A program made the position numbers and the translations under genes. This document shows, in pieces, positions 53,768-63,849 of a stretch of 64,000 nt of DNA. Position 1 is the stretch's first letter. The number at the start of each line of letters is the position of its first letter. Origin of the DNA: Bryobacterales bacterium (GTDB lineage Bacteria; Acidobacteriota; Terriglobia; Bryobacterales; Bryobacteraceae); the NCBI GenBank assembly GCA_020851655.1, contig JADZCI010000096.1, positions 14,698-78,697 on the forward strand, written 5' to 3'. Below the pieces are notes generated by a model. It made no database searches, was not told the DNA's origin, and saw nothing but the letters and a program-made list of their open reading frames with translations.

Positions 53768-56700
53768 CAAGCCGCCGCCAATTTCTCGCTGCCGCCGCGG
53801 CGTGGAGCTTTGCGCCCCGGTTCGCCCGGGCCGAATCTCTGCCCCCACACTACAGGCAACCGCCGCCCTACTTCCCCTACGTGGGCCTCATCGAGCCGGG
53901 CCATGACGAGTTTGCAGAAGAAGCCGCCGCCATGCGTCCTCGCACGCCCCGCGCGGCGCGCCCCGCGCACACGCGCTTCGCCGATATAACGGGCGCTGTC
54001 CTCAACGTTGAACAGTTCAGCCGGGGCACGCCGTACTGGATTGCCGCGCTCGACCCCGCCTCCGGAATCGACATCTACGCCAATCAGGGCATCGCCGCCG
54101 GTGACGCCGATGGCGACGGCGAGGACGAAATCTATGTTTGCCAGCCCGGAGGTTTGCCCAACAAGCTTCTGAAATGGTCCGGCAACCGGTTCCGGGATAT
54201 TACGCCGGGAACCGGATTGGACTTGCTCGACAATACCTCTTGCGCCTTGTTCCTGGACCTGCGCAACGGCGGCCGGCAGGATCTCGTCGTGCTTCTTGCC
54301 TCGGGCCCAATCCTCTTCCTCAACCTGGGAAACGGACGATTCCAACAGGTGGATGAAGCATTTCACTTCGCTACATCACCTGCCGGGGTCTTCACCGGGA
54401 TGGCCGCCGCCGACTACGACCGTGACGGCAAACTCGATCTGTATTGCTGCTGCTACAGCTTCTTTGAGACCGAAGCCCAGTTCCGCTATCCGGCGCCGTA
54501 TCACGACGCGCGGAACGGCCCACCGAATTTCCTGTTCCGCAACCGGCTGAACTCCGACGGCACCGGCATCTTCGAAGACGTGACGAAGGCGGTGGGACTC
54601 GACGAGAATAACAACCGCTTCAGCTTCGCGCCCGCCTGGTGCGATTACGACGGCTCCGGATGGCCGAGCCTGTATGTGGCCAATGACTTCGGCCGCAATA
54701 ACCTTTACCGCAACACGGGTGGCCGGTTCAAAGACATCGCCGGCAATGCCGGTGTCGAGGACATAGGCCCCGGGATGAGTGCGTGCTGGTTTGACGAGAA
54801 TGCCGATGGCCGCCCCGATCTCTATGTGTCGAACATGTGGAGTGAATCCGGCCAGCGGGTTGTCCAGTCGAAAGCCTTTAAGAACGCGCCGGCGCCGGAC
54901 CTTCGCCGCGCCTGGCATGGTCACACAAAAGGCAACTCCCTGTACCTCAACCGCGGCGACGGAACGTTTGAAGATGCCGGCGCCCGCCTCGGCGTCGAGA
55001 TGGGCCGTTGGGCCTGGAGCGCCGATGCGCACGACTTCGACAACGACACGCACCCGGAAATTCTGATCACCTGCGGCATGATCTCCGGCGGCAAAGAGCC
55101 CGATCTCATGAGCTTCTTCTGGCGTCAGGTCGTCGCCAAATCGCCGCTGGACAACCAGCCGAATGCCGCCTATGAGAATGGCTGGAATGCGATCAACCAG
55201 TTCATTCGCGAAGGCTACTCCTGGAACGGTCATGAGCCCAACGTCTTCTACGTTCGCGCGGGCGAGAAGTATCGCGACGCCTCACCGGAATCCGGATTGG
55301 ACATGCCGGCCGATTCCCGCTCGTTTGCCGTCCTGGACTTCGACAATGACGGCTGTCTCGATCTGGTCTTGAAAAATCGCCTCGGTCCCCAAGTGCAAGT
55401 CTTCCAGAATCACAGCGGGCAGGCGCGCCAGCGGGTCGGGTTTGTCCTTCGTGGCGCTGTCTCCAACCGTGACGCAATCGGCGCCAGGGTGCAAGCCGAT
55501 GGGCAAACCAAATGGGTCGTGGCCGGTTCAGGCTACCTGGCTCAGCACACCAAGCGCCTGTACTTTGGCTTGGACGGGCAACCAAGCGTCCGGAGCCTGA
55601 CCGTAACGTGGCCTTCGGGCGAAGAGCAACATTTTCGAGATGTCGCCGCCGGGGCGCTGTACGAGATTACCGAGCGGGGCGGTATCCGCCGTCTGCGCGC
55701 ATTCGATGCGCCAGCGCCCATCTCCCCCGCCTCGAGCGGCGCCGACAACAGGCCCCGCCTTCAGGACACTTGGCTGCGGGAGCCTCTGCCACTGCCCATC
55801 GAGGCCGCGGGAGCGCGCCTGCTCATCCTCCACGGCAAGGAGAAGCCGGCGGCCGGCCCGGCGCGCTACATCGACCTGTTGACGGCGCCGGACACGCTGG
55901 CCGCGTTCTCTCTGTTCCGGCGCTATCTTTTCGAGTACCGCGCTCCGCTCGATCTCCCCTTGGCTCTGCTCCTCAACCAGCAAGGCGAGGTGGTCAAAGT
56001 CTACGGAGCCATACCTTCCGCGGCTCAGCTCGAAATCGATCTCAAGAAACCTGGCGCCGCCTTGCCTTATGCGGGCCACTACTTCCACTCGCCGCGCAGG
56101 GATACGTTCAAGATCGGCGCCGCTCTGCTGTGGTCGGGCTATCCGGAACAGGCTCTTCCGTACCTGGAATCGGTGCTCCGCAACGATTCGGCCAACGTCC
56201 GCACGTTGGTGCTCGTGGCCCAGGTGCACCGTGAAGCGGGCCGCCTCGCCGAAGCCGAGCGCCGCCTCCAGCAGGCCCTCCGTGTCTCTCCGTCATCGGC
56301 GGAAGCCTGGAACGAGCAGGGAGGAGTGCATGTGGCCCGCCAGGAGACCGAGCAGGCGCTGCACTGCTTCGAGCGCGCGCTCGCCGGCAAGCAGGACCTG
56401 ACCTATGCGCTCCTCAATGCAGCGCAGGCCGCAAGCAAACTCGGCCGGCTCGCCGATGCCGAACGCTACTATCGCCGGGCGATTGCCGCCGACCCGAAAT
56501 CGCCCGATGCGCACAACGGCCTCGGCCTTGCATTGGCCCAGCAGAACCAGCCCAGCGAGGCGGAGGCGTCCCTTCGCGAGGCCATCCGCCTGAAGCCCGA
56601 TTTCTCGCCGGCCTGGAACAACCTCGGTGTTCTCTACTTGATGGCCGGCCGCCGCGAACAGGCAATCCGCACTCTGGAGGAGGGAATTCAGTCCGCTCCG

Positions 56701-56856
56701 GCCGACGACCTCCTGTACCTGAATCTTGGGCGCGCTTACCTCCAAACCGGAAACCGCGAGGCCGCGCTGGCCGCGATGCGCCGCCTGCTGGCCCAAAAAC
56801 CGGACAGCGAGACCGCGAAAAAGGCGCTTCGGGAACTCGGCGCTCCTCCACCTTAG
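53764..56856 (+). CDS. CRTAC1-family protein (FG-GAP/VCBS repeats + ASPIC/UnbV) fused to C-terminal TPR array
   Basis: 1030 aa. A Tat-like N-terminus (SRRQFLAAAAA), repeated D.DGDG/DxDxDG FG-GAP motifs, an UnbV_ASPIC block (NRDAIGARV....GSGYLAQH), and about 300 aa of TPR. Confidence 0.8.
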   Translation: MTSRRQFLAAAAAWSFAPRFARAESLPPHYRQPPPYFPYVGLIEPGHDEFAEEAAAMRPRTPRAARPAHTRFADITGAVLNVEQFSRGTPYWIAALDPASGIDIYANQGIAAGDADGDGEDEIYVCQPGGLPNKLLKWSGNRFRDITPGTGLDLLDNTSCALFLDLRNGGRQDLVVLLASGPILFLNLGNGRFQQVDEAFHFATSPAGVFTGMAAADYDRDGKLDLYCCCYSFFETEAQFRYPAPYHDARNGPPNFLFRNRLNSDGTGIFEDVTKAVGLDENNNRFSFAPAWCDYDGSGWPSLYVANDFGRNNLYRNTGGRFKDIAGNAGVEDIGPGMSACWFDENADGRPDLYVSNMWSESGQRVVQSKAFKNAPAPDLRRAWHGHTKGNSLYLNRGDGTFEDAGARLGVEMGRWAWSADAHDFDNDTHPEILITCGMISGGKEPDLMSFFWRQVVAKSPLDNQPNAAYENGWNAINQFIREGYSWNGHEPNVFYVRAGEKYRDASPESGLDMPADSRSFAVLDFDNDGCLDLVLKNRLGPQVQVFQNHSGQARQRVGFVLRGAVSNRDAIGARVQADGQTKWVVAGSGYLAQHTKRLYFGLDGQPSVRSLTVTWPSGEEQHFRDVAAGALYEITERGGIRRLRAFDAPAPISPASSGADNRPRLQDTWLREPLPLPIEAAGARLLILHGKEKPAAGPARYIDLLTAPDTLAAFSLFRRYLFEYRAPLDLPLALLLNQQGEVVKVYGAIPSAAQLEIDLKKPGAALPYAGHYFHSPRRDTFKIGAALLWSGYPEQALPYLESVLRNDSANVRTLVLVAQVHREAGRLAEAERRLQQALRVSPSSAEAWNEQGGVHVARQETEQALHCFERALAGKQDLTYALLNAAQAASKLGRLADAERYYRRAIAADPKSPDAHNGLGLALAQQNQPSEAEASLREAIRLKPDFSPAWNNLGVLYLMAGRREQAIRTLEEGIQSAPADDLLYLNLGRAYLQTGNREAALAAMRRLLAQKPDSETAKKALRELGAPPP

Positions 56857-56920
56857 CCCGTTCATACTGGGTACTCCCAGGACTAGATAGCGGCGAAGGA
56901 AAAGCAAAGAAAAAAAGAGC

Positions 56921-56949
56921 TTTACAGCGCTTTTTCAATGGCTTACTAT
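56921..56949 (+). promoter_or_regulatory. candidate sigma70-type promoter of the dcw cluster (TTTACA-17 nt-TACTAT)
   Basis: Read from the sequence in the AT-rich 140-bp gap upstream of mraZ. The -10 box ends about 48 nt before the mraZ ATG at 56997. Confidence 0.4.
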
Positions 56950-56996
56950 CTGAACTGTGGCCTGAATAGGCCGGAATCGTCTCTTATCGGACTAAA

Positions 56997-57482
56997 ATGG
57001 ACTTGGCAGCCAACAATTCGGTCCCGCCGCCGCGGCCTCCGCACGGCGCCATGGCCGCCAAAGTCGACGGTTCGGGCCGCCTGAAGCTGCCCGTCAAGGT
57101 GCAGGAGTACCTCAACGGGCTCACCGAAAAGAAGCTCTTTATCACCCTCAACGAGGGTATCGCGAAACTGTATACCAACGGTTCGTGGGACCGGAATCTG
57201 AAAGTTCTTCAGAGTTGCACTTCCGACCCGGATGCCGCCGACCGGGTGGCGCTGCTGGCCGACCACTACGGCAACGAATCCGAAATGGATTCCAGCGGGC
57301 GCGTTACTTTGCCCCAGGAGCTGCGCAGAGACCTTGGTCTTGAAGATCAGCCTGTGCAGCTCCGTTTTTTTGAGGACGTCATCAAGGTCTACAAGCAATC
57401 CGACTTCCAGGCGCTACTTGCCGACGCCCGCCGCAGCGAAAAGCCGGATCTCGATGTTGTCAAGCGGCAAGGATTCAAGTAA
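56997..57482 (+). CDS. mraZ: division/cell wall cluster transcriptional regulator MraZ
   Basis: Two SpoVT/AbrB-like halves (KVDGSGRLKLPVKV and MDSSGRVTLPQELR). First gene of the dcw cluster. Confidence 0.9.
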   Translation: MDLAANNSVPPPRPPHGAMAAKVDGSGRLKLPVKVQEYLNGLTEKKLFITLNEGIAKLYTNGSWDRNLKVLQSCTSDPDAADRVALLADHYGNESEMDSSGRVTLPQELRRDLGLEDQPVQLRFFEDVIKVYKQSDFQALLADARRSEKPDLDVVKRQGFK

Positions 57483-57485
57483 TGC

Positions 57486-58394
57486 ATGGACCACTTTCCC
57501 GTCCTGCTGTCCGAATCGATCGAGTACCTCGCGATTCGTCCGGACGGAACCTACGTCGATGCGACGTGTGGTTTGGGTGGTCACACCGCGTCCATTGCGC
57601 GGCGGCTGACTTCCGGGCGTGTGATCGCTCTCGACCGCGATGCCGAGTCGCTCGAGTTGGCCAAGACGCGGACAGCGGATTGTGCGGACCGGATCACGTT
57701 CCGGCAGAGCGCCTTTTCTCAGTTGAGAGAAACGCTCCTGGCCCTTGGCGTAGGGCCGGTTCACGGAATTTTGGGCGACCTCGGCGTCAACCGCGTTCAG
57801 CTCACCAGCGGAGACCGTGGCTTCTCGTTGCAGGAGCGCGGGCCTCTCGACATGCGTTTGGACCGCGGCCAGCCGCGTACGGCGTACCAGTTGGTCAATC
57901 ACAGTTCAGAAAAAGAACTGGCTGGATTGTTTTATCACCTTGGAGACGAAAGGAGACACTCGCGGAAAATAGCCAGAGCCATGGTTCGTGCGCGGCCGAT
58001 TCGAGACACGCTACACCTTGCGGAAGTCGTCGAATCGGTCGTGCCGCGGACCGGACGGATCCATCCGGCAACCCGAGTGTTCCAGTCTATCCGGATGGCG
58101 GTCAACGACGAGCCCCAGGAGCTACAAGCTTTTCTCGACTCCGCGCCACGCTTGCTGGCGGCGGAGGGACGTTTGGTGGTGATTGCGTTTCACTCCAACG
58201 ACGACCGCGCCGTGAAGCGGGCGTTTCAGGCGTTGGGCCGGTCGGGCGAATTCCGGATCTTGACCAAGCATGTCGTCAAGCCGGGGCTTGAGGAGATTCG
58301 AGTCAACCCGCCATCGCGGAGCGCGGTGCTGCGGGCTCTTGAGAGGCGGCGGTTGGATTCCGTGAGTGGCGGCGGAAAAGCGATCGGAGAGTAA
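57486..58394 (+). CDS. rsmH: 16S rRNA (cytosine1402-N4)-methyltransferase
   Basis: Motifs HFPVLLSESIEYL..DGTYVDATCGLGGHT, DRD, GDLGVN, and FHSNDDRAVK (FHSLEDR-type). Confidence 0.95.
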   Translation: MDHFPVLLSESIEYLAIRPDGTYVDATCGLGGHTASIARRLTSGRVIALDRDAESLELAKTRTADCADRITFRQSAFSQLRETLLALGVGPVHGILGDLGVNRVQLTSGDRGFSLQERGPLDMRLDRGQPRTAYQLVNHSSEKELAGLFYHLGDERRHSRKIARAMVRARPIRDTLHLAEVVESVVPRTGRIHPATRVFQSIRMAVNDEPQELQAFLDSAPRLLAAEGRLVVIAFHSNDDRAVKRAFQALGRSGEFRILTKHVVKPGLEEIRVNPPSRSAVLRALERRRLDSVSGGGKAIGE

Positions 58395-58400
58395 GAGACA

Positions 58401-58856
58401 ATGGCGACCTTTGCAGGGATTTGGGAATGGTTTATTGCTGGAAAGGCGGTGGCGGCTCACCCGGCCCATGGCGAATTTCGAGTTCGCCCGCTGCCGAAAG
58501 AGGACATCCACCTCTTTGTCAAGGACTTTGACAATAGCCGCGTGGCGAGGCTGGTGGATACCTCGGATCGTATGGCGACGTTTGGCGTGGCCACCACCGT
58601 CCCACTGGTGGCTCTCCTTTTCATTGCTTTGCTTCTCCCGGGCGGTTACAACCTCCTGGCCAGCCGGCGGATCGACCAGCTTCAAAAGGAGCGCGAAGTC
58701 CTGGTTAACCAGATTCGGGGACTCAAGGCTGAGTACTCGGCGCTAGTGAGCCCCAGGAATCTGGACGAGTGGGCTGGAAATCAGTACGAAACGCCCAAGG
58801 CTCAGGCCGTCGTGTATGCGCCTCCCTCCAAGGACGCGCAGGCTAAATTACAGTAG
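58401..58856 (+). CDS. ftsL: FtsL-like cell division protein
   Basis: 151 aa with a single TM helix (VPLVALLFIALLLPGG) followed by a coiled-coil. It occupies the conserved slot between rsmH and ftsI. Confidence 0.5.
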   Translation: MATFAGIWEWFIAGKAVAAHPAHGEFRVRPLPKEDIHLFVKDFDNSRVARLVDTSDRMATFGVATTVPLVALLFIALLLPGGYNLLASRRIDQLQKEREVLVNQIRGLKAEYSALVSPRNLDEWAGNQYETPKAQAVVYAPPSKDAQAKLQ

Positions 58857-58916
58857 GTCAGGCGGACGAGAGGGCTTCCAGACAGGAACTCTCTCTATGT
58901 TTGGGAGAACGAACCA

Positions 58917-61016
58917 ATGGCGCGGCCGGAAACAGGCGGGGCATCGCATCGCGCAGTCATCGTCGGCAGGATCATCTTTGTTTGGGCGGCCCTCGTCGCC
59001 GGGCGGCTCATTCAACTGCAGGTCTTCGAGCATGAGGAATGGTCGCGCGCCGCGCGCGGCCAGCAGCAGCACGTTGTTCCAGTGCCGTCGGACCGCGGAG
59101 AAATCCTGGACCGCACCGGCCAGACGCTGGCCGCCAGCGTTCGCACCCAAACCGCCGCGGTGAATCCGCAAAGAGTTCCCGATCCGGACTTCTTTGCCGG
59201 GAACGTAGCGCCGATTCTCGGCCTCGGCGTGCCGCAACTGGCGGAAGAGATTCGTGCCCTGCAACTGCGAAAACAGCGCAAGCTGGAAGCCAAGAAGAAC
59301 GGCCAGACCCTCCCGGCGGAAGGCGCCAATGCGCCTAGCCTCGAACAACTCATCCTGAAGCGCCACCTTAGTACCACCGAGCGCGCCGGCTTGGAGGCAT
59401 TGCGGTCGGGCGCCTTCCGGAACATCGAGATCCTGCGAGACTACAAGCGAATCTATCCCAACGACCGCCTGGCCATTCATGTGGTCGGCGGACTTGACGA
59501 AGATGGTGGCGGAAACTTCGGCATCGAAGCCCGCCTCAATGCCGACCTGCAGGGCCGCCCGGGCAAGATGCGGGTGTTGAGCGACAGCCGGCAGGATACC
59601 TACTACAGTTGGGTGGTCGATCCCGGACGGCAGGGCGCAAATATCACTCTGACCATCCACCGCCTCATTCAGCATGCCGCGGAAGTGGAACTCGTCAAAG
59701 CGATGGCGGCAAGCGGCGCCTGGAGCGGATCCGTCGTCGTCATGGATCCGCAGACAGGCGAGGTTCTGGCCATGGCCAACGCGCCGGATTTCGCCCGGGA
59801 CCTTGTCCCGAAAAGCGGCAGCGATCTCAAGCTGCGTACCAACATCGCGGTCCAGACTCCCTGCGAACCCGGTTCGGTGATGAAAATGATCACCGTCACC
59901 ATGGGGCTGGAAACCGGGAAGTTTACGCCGGAAACGCCGATCTACTGTGAAAACGGCGTCTTTCCGCGGCCCGGCCGAAGGCCCATACACGACGTTCATC
60001 ACTACGGTGTGCTGGACGTAGCGGGGGTGCTCATCAAGTCCAGCAACATTGGCGTCACGAAAATCTCCCTGGCAGTGGGACCCGACAAGCTTGCCGAATA
60101 CCTGGCCAAGTTCGGCATGGGGCGAAGGACGAACGTTGGGTTGCCGGGCGAATCCCGGGGTATGCTGCGCCCGCGTGAAAAGTGGGATCCCGCGTCGCAC
60201 GAGTACATGTCGTTCGGTCACGAGATCAGCGCGACAGCGATTCAATTGGCCCGCGCCGTGAGTGTGATTGCCAACGGCGGGTTGCTGGTCCAGCCTCACA
60301 TCGTGTTGAAGAAAGAGCGCCTTTCGCCGAAAGGCGGTCCCGCCGAAGTGGTGCCGGTAGATTACGACGACCCTGTCCGTTCCATTACCCCCGAGACGGC
60401 GTTTGTGGTCCGCCGTATTATGGAGCGTGTCGTGCTCGAAGGAACCGGTAAGGCGGCAAGAATTCCGGGTTACTCGGCGGGCGGCAAGACCGGGTCCGCC
60501 GAACTCTACGACCCCAAGCTCAAACGTTGGATCAACCGCCACAATTCGTCGTTCATTGGTTTCGCCCCGGTCACGAACCCGCGCATCGTCGTGGTCGTCA
60601 CGCTCAATGGCTCGGTGAAACTGGGCGGCGCCTCCGCGGCGCCTGTATTCAGCAAAGTCGCCGAGACGGCTCTCCGGGTGTTGCAGGTGCCGAAGGATGT
60701 GCCTGAAGATGAGGTTGCCCCCACGGGTCCGGACGCGATGCCCACCAAGGATGAAACCCTGCTGCTGGCTGCCGCCAAGCCCGGAGCTGACCTGCCGGCC
60801 GGGACGGACGAAGAAGTGACGGATCAGGGCAGGGATGTGGTCGGTCCCCGTGTTCCCGATTTTCGCGGAAAGTCCGCTCCGGCAGTCCTGCGTAAAGCGC
60901 TCGAGTTGGGTTTGCCGGTTCATGTCTCGGGTGAAGGACTTGTCCGCCGGCAAAGTCCCGCGCCCGGGCGGATCCTCTCGGCGGGGTCGGCCGTGGAGGT
61001 GAGTTGCCGCCGATGA
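58917..61016 (+). CDS. ftsI: peptidoglycan D,D-transpeptidase FtsI (class B PBP) with C-terminal PASTA domain
   Basis: Transpeptidase motifs SxxK (GSVMK), SxN (KSSN) and KTG (GKTGSA). The C-terminus (VPDFRGKSAPAVLRKALELGLPVHVSGEGLVRRQSPAPG) is PASTA-like. Confidence 0.9.
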   Translation: MARPETGGASHRAVIVGRIIFVWAALVAGRLIQLQVFEHEEWSRAARGQQQHVVPVPSDRGEILDRTGQTLAASVRTQTAAVNPQRVPDPDFFAGNVAPILGLGVPQLAEEIRALQLRKQRKLEAKKNGQTLPAEGANAPSLEQLILKRHLSTTERAGLEALRSGAFRNIEILRDYKRIYPNDRLAIHVVGGLDEDGGGNFGIEARLNADLQGRPGKMRVLSDSRQDTYYSWVVDPGRQGANITLTIHRLIQHAAEVELVKAMAASGAWSGSVVVMDPQTGEVLAMANAPDFARDLVPKSGSDLKLRTNIAVQTPCEPGSVMKMITVTMGLETGKFTPETPIYCENGVFPRPGRRPIHDVHHYGVLDVAGVLIKSSNIGVTKISLAVGPDKLAEYLAKFGMGRRTNVGLPGESRGMLRPREKWDPASHEYMSFGHEISATAIQLARAVSVIANGGLLVQPHIVLKKERLSPKGGPAEVVPVDYDDPVRSITPETAFVVRRIMERVVLEGTGKAARIPGYSAGGKTGSAELYDPKLKRWINRHNSSFIGFAPVTNPRIVVVVTLNGSVKLGGASAAPVFSKVAETALRVLQVPKDVPEDEVAPTGPDAMPTKDETLLLAAAKPGADLPAGTDEEVTDQGRDVVGPRVPDFRGKSAPAVLRKALELGLPVHVSGEGLVRRQSPAPGRILSAGSAVEVSCRR

Positions 61017-62497
61017 CTCTTGGCCGACTTCTCGCCGGCATTGCTCCAATACAGCTATCTTCCGAATTGCTTCGCCAGCCGGTTACGGGCCTTGAATACG
61101 ATTCGCGAAAAATCCAGCCCGGCAACATCTTTTTCGCATTCCCGGGGAAGTTGGCCGACGGCCGCGAATTTGCGCGCCAGGCGCTCGATCAAGGTGCGAT
61201 TCTTGTGGTGTCGGAGTCGGCCGCTCCAGGCGGTTTGGAACAGGTCTGGCTCACCGTGCCTCATGGACGGCAGGCCCTTGCGCTGGCCGCCCGGCGATTC
61301 TTTGGCGAACCCGATACGCACCTGGGACTGACCGGAGTCACCGGAACCAACGGTAAGACCACCTCGGCTTTTGCCGTTGACGCGTTGTTGCGCTCAGCCG
61401 GTTTCGTCACTGGTTTGGTGGGCACCATCGAGTACCGCGTTGCCGCGGAAGTCCGCCCCGCCATCAATACGACGCCTGAATCCGTTGACCTCATCCGTCT
61501 GTTCGCCGATCTCCAAGCGGCTCACGGAACTCACTGCACCATCGAAGTGTCCTCACATGCCCTGGCGCTGGGACGGGTCTACGGGATGCAATTCCATACG
61601 GCCGTATTCACCAACCTGACGCGCGACCATCTGGACTTCCACGGCACGATGGAGGAGTATTTCAAAGCCAAAGCGTCGTTGTTCCAGGGCGCCGGAGGTC
61701 TGCCTCCGAAGTTCGCCGTCATCAACGGTGACGATGCGTATGGCAGACGGATTCACGTTCTACCCGAGACGAGGACCCTGACGTATGGGGTGAATTCAAG
61801 GGCCGGCATCAGGGCTGTTGACCCGCGGTCCGGCTTCGATGGAATCCGCTTCACCGTTGAGCATCCTGGGGGTTCCGTACACGTCGAGTCGCCGCTTTCC
61901 GGCATCATCAACGTCTACAATCTCCTGGCCGCTTTTGGCGTGGGATTGAGCTACGATCTGTCGCCTGAGCGGATCGCTTCGGGCTTGGCGGAATGCCGCG
62001 CGGTGCCGGGCCGGTTCGAGAAGGTCGATGAAGGCCAGCCGTTCCTCGTTGTGGTCGACTATGCGCATACCGACGATGCGCTGCGCAACACGATCGCCAC
62101 CGCGCGAGATCTCAAGCCCCGGCGCGTGATCACCTTGTTTGGTTGCGGTGGAGACCGGGACCGCGCCAAACGTCCGCTAATGGGCCAGGCGGCAGGGGAA
62201 GCGAGCGACCTTGTGATTGTCACCTCTGACAACCCCCGCTCCGAGGATCCCCTGGCCATCATCAACGACGCCATGGTCGGTGTCCTCCGAACCGACGTGC
62301 GGCACATCGTCGAACCGGACCGGGAGAAGGCGATTCAGAAGGCGATCTCCGAAGCCGGCGCCGGAGACATTGTGCTGCTCGCCGGCAAAGGCCACGAGAC
62401 GTACCAGGTCCTTGGGGACCGCACGATTGCCTTCGACGACCGCGAGGCCGCCCGTGGAGCGCTGCGGCATTACGGTTACCGGAAGGCGGCCCCATGA
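61004..62497 (+). CDS. murE: UDP-N-acetylmuramoyl-L-alanyl-D-glutamate--2,6-diaminopimelate ligase
   Basis: P-loop GVTGTNGKTT, DYAHTDDAL, and the DNPR motif (TSDNPRSEDP) typical of meso-DAP-adding MurE. Confidence 0.95.
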   Translation: MPPMTLGRLLAGIAPIQLSSELLRQPVTGLEYDSRKIQPGNIFFAFPGKLADGREFARQALDQGAILVVSESAAPGGLEQVWLTVPHGRQALALAARRFFGEPDTHLGLTGVTGTNGKTTSAFAVDALLRSAGFVTGLVGTIEYRVAAEVRPAINTTPESVDLIRLFADLQAAHGTHCTIEVSSHALALGRVYGMQFHTAVFTNLTRDHLDFHGTMEEYFKAKASLFQGAGGLPPKFAVINGDDAYGRRIHVLPETRTLTYGVNSRAGIRAVDPRSGFDGIRFTVEHPGGSVHVESPLSGIINVYNLLAAFGVGLSYDLSPERIASGLAECRAVPGRFEKVDEGQPFLVVVDYAHTDDALRNTIATARDLKPRRVITLFGCGGDRDRAKRPLMGQAAGEASDLVIVTSDNPRSEDPLAIINDAMVGVLRTDVRHIVEPDREKAIQKAISEAGAGDIVLLAGKGHETYQVLGDRTIAFDDREAARGALRHYGYRKAAP

Positions 62498-63843
62498 GAA
62501 TCAGCTTGAGCGCCGCGTCGGAGGCTATGGACGCACGGGTCGCCGGCTTGCTGCCGGATCTAGCGGTCACATCCTTCAGCACGGACTCGCGGTCCATTGA
62601 GACAGGTGCGTTATTCTTCGCTCTTCGCGGAGAAAACCACGACGGACACGCGTATGTTCCGGCCGCGGCATCGGCCGGCGCGTCCGCCGTGGTTGTCGAT
62701 CACCAAGTCGAGTGCCCAAGCCCCCAGTTGGTGGTTTCCGACACGTTGAAGGCCCTGCAAACACTTGCGCGCTGGGCGCGAAAGCAGTGGGAGGGCGAAG
62801 TTGTCGCGGTAACCGGCAGTGCGGGCAAGACGACCACCAAGGACGCGATTGCCGCCGTTCTCGGCACGAAGATGCGCGTCGGCAAGACACAGGGAAACTT
62901 CAACAATCACGTCGGCGTTCCGCTCTCGGTCCTGCACGTGCCGCAGGATGCCCAGGTAGCGGTCTTAGAGATCGGCATGAACCATCCGGGCGAGATTCGG
63001 GACCTCGCCCGCATCGCCCGTCCCGGCATCGGCCTCGTCACCAATGTCGGAACCGCGCACATCGAGAACTTCGATGGCATTGAAGGCGTAGCCAAGGCCA
63101 AGCGCGAACTGATTGAGGCACTGCCTCCCGCGGGCACGGCCATCTTGAACGCCGACGATCCGCGGGTCGCCTCTTTCGCTTCCATACACCCGGGGAGAAC
63201 CATCACCTATGGCCACGCGGAGAGAGCCACGGTTCGCGCGGTGGGCGATTCCTTCGATGCACAGGGTTCCCGCTTCCATGTCGCCGGCGCCGGCGAGTTT
63301 GTCTGCGGCCTTCCCGGACCCGCCGGGATCATGACCGCCTTGGCCGCGCTGGCCTGCGCCAAAGCGTTCGATATTCCGCTGCCCCAACTGAAAGAAACAA
63401 TCGCCGCTCTCAAGCCGGGCAAGATGCGCCTGGAGCGCATTCAGCATGCGGGCATGACCCTCTGGAACGATTGCTACAACTCGAATCCGGAGGCGGCCAG
63501 GATGATGCTGGATCTGCTCAAGAGTACTCCGGCTCGCAGGCATATCGCGGTCCTGGGCGAAATGCTTGAGCTCGGCGCCTTTTCGCAGGACCTGCACGCC
63601 GAAGTCGGCAGGTATGCCGCTCAGTGCGGCGTCGACCTTCTGATCGGTATTCGCGGCGCGGCTCACCGAATGGTGGAATCCGCCGTCGACTCCGGCCTCC
63701 CGAGACAGGCGGCGCTATTCTTCGACAATCCGGCTGACGCCGGACGCCATCTGCGATCCCTGGCGCTCGATGGCGATGCGATCCTGTTTAAAGGATCGCG
63801 GGGAACCCGGGTCGAACTGGCTTTGGAGGAGTTTCTTCGCTAA
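62494..63843 (+). CDS. murF: UDP-N-acetylmuramoyl-tripeptide--D-alanyl-D-alanine ligase
   Basis: Motifs AVTGSAGKTTTKD, GMNHPGEI and NDCYNSNP. Overlaps the murE stop. Confidence 0.9.
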   Translation: MRISLSAASEAMDARVAGLLPDLAVTSFSTDSRSIETGALFFALRGENHDGHAYVPAAASAGASAVVVDHQVECPSPQLVVSDTLKALQTLARWARKQWEGEVVAVTGSAGKTTTKDAIAAVLGTKMRVGKTQGNFNNHVGVPLSVLHVPQDAQVAVLEIGMNHPGEIRDLARIARPGIGLVTNVGTAHIENFDGIEGVAKAKRELIEALPPAGTAILNADDPRVASFASIHPGRTITYGHAERATVRAVGDSFDAQGSRFHVAGAGEFVCGLPGPAGIMTALAALACAKAFDIPLPQLKETIAALKPGKMRLERIQHAGMTLWNDCYNSNPEAARMMLDLLKSTPARRHIAVLGEMLELGAFSQDLHAEVGRYAAQCGVDLLIGIRGAAHRMVESAVDSGLPRQAALFFDNPADAGRHLRSLALDGDAILFKGSRGTRVELALEEFLR

Positions 63844-63849
63844 CTCAAG

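Noticed and set aside
56867-56880. Small hairpin CTGGG-TACT-CCCAG after the CRTAC1-TPR gene, considered as an intrinsic terminator
   Set aside because: It has only a 5-bp stem and no following T-tract. That is too weak to call.
58848-61049. 733-aa ORF on the minus strand spanning the whole ftsI gene
   Set aside because: It is exactly antisense to a gene with clear PBP motifs. It is Arg/Gly/Pro-rich with no recognisable domain. This is a typical stop-free shadow frame in GC3-rich coding DNA.
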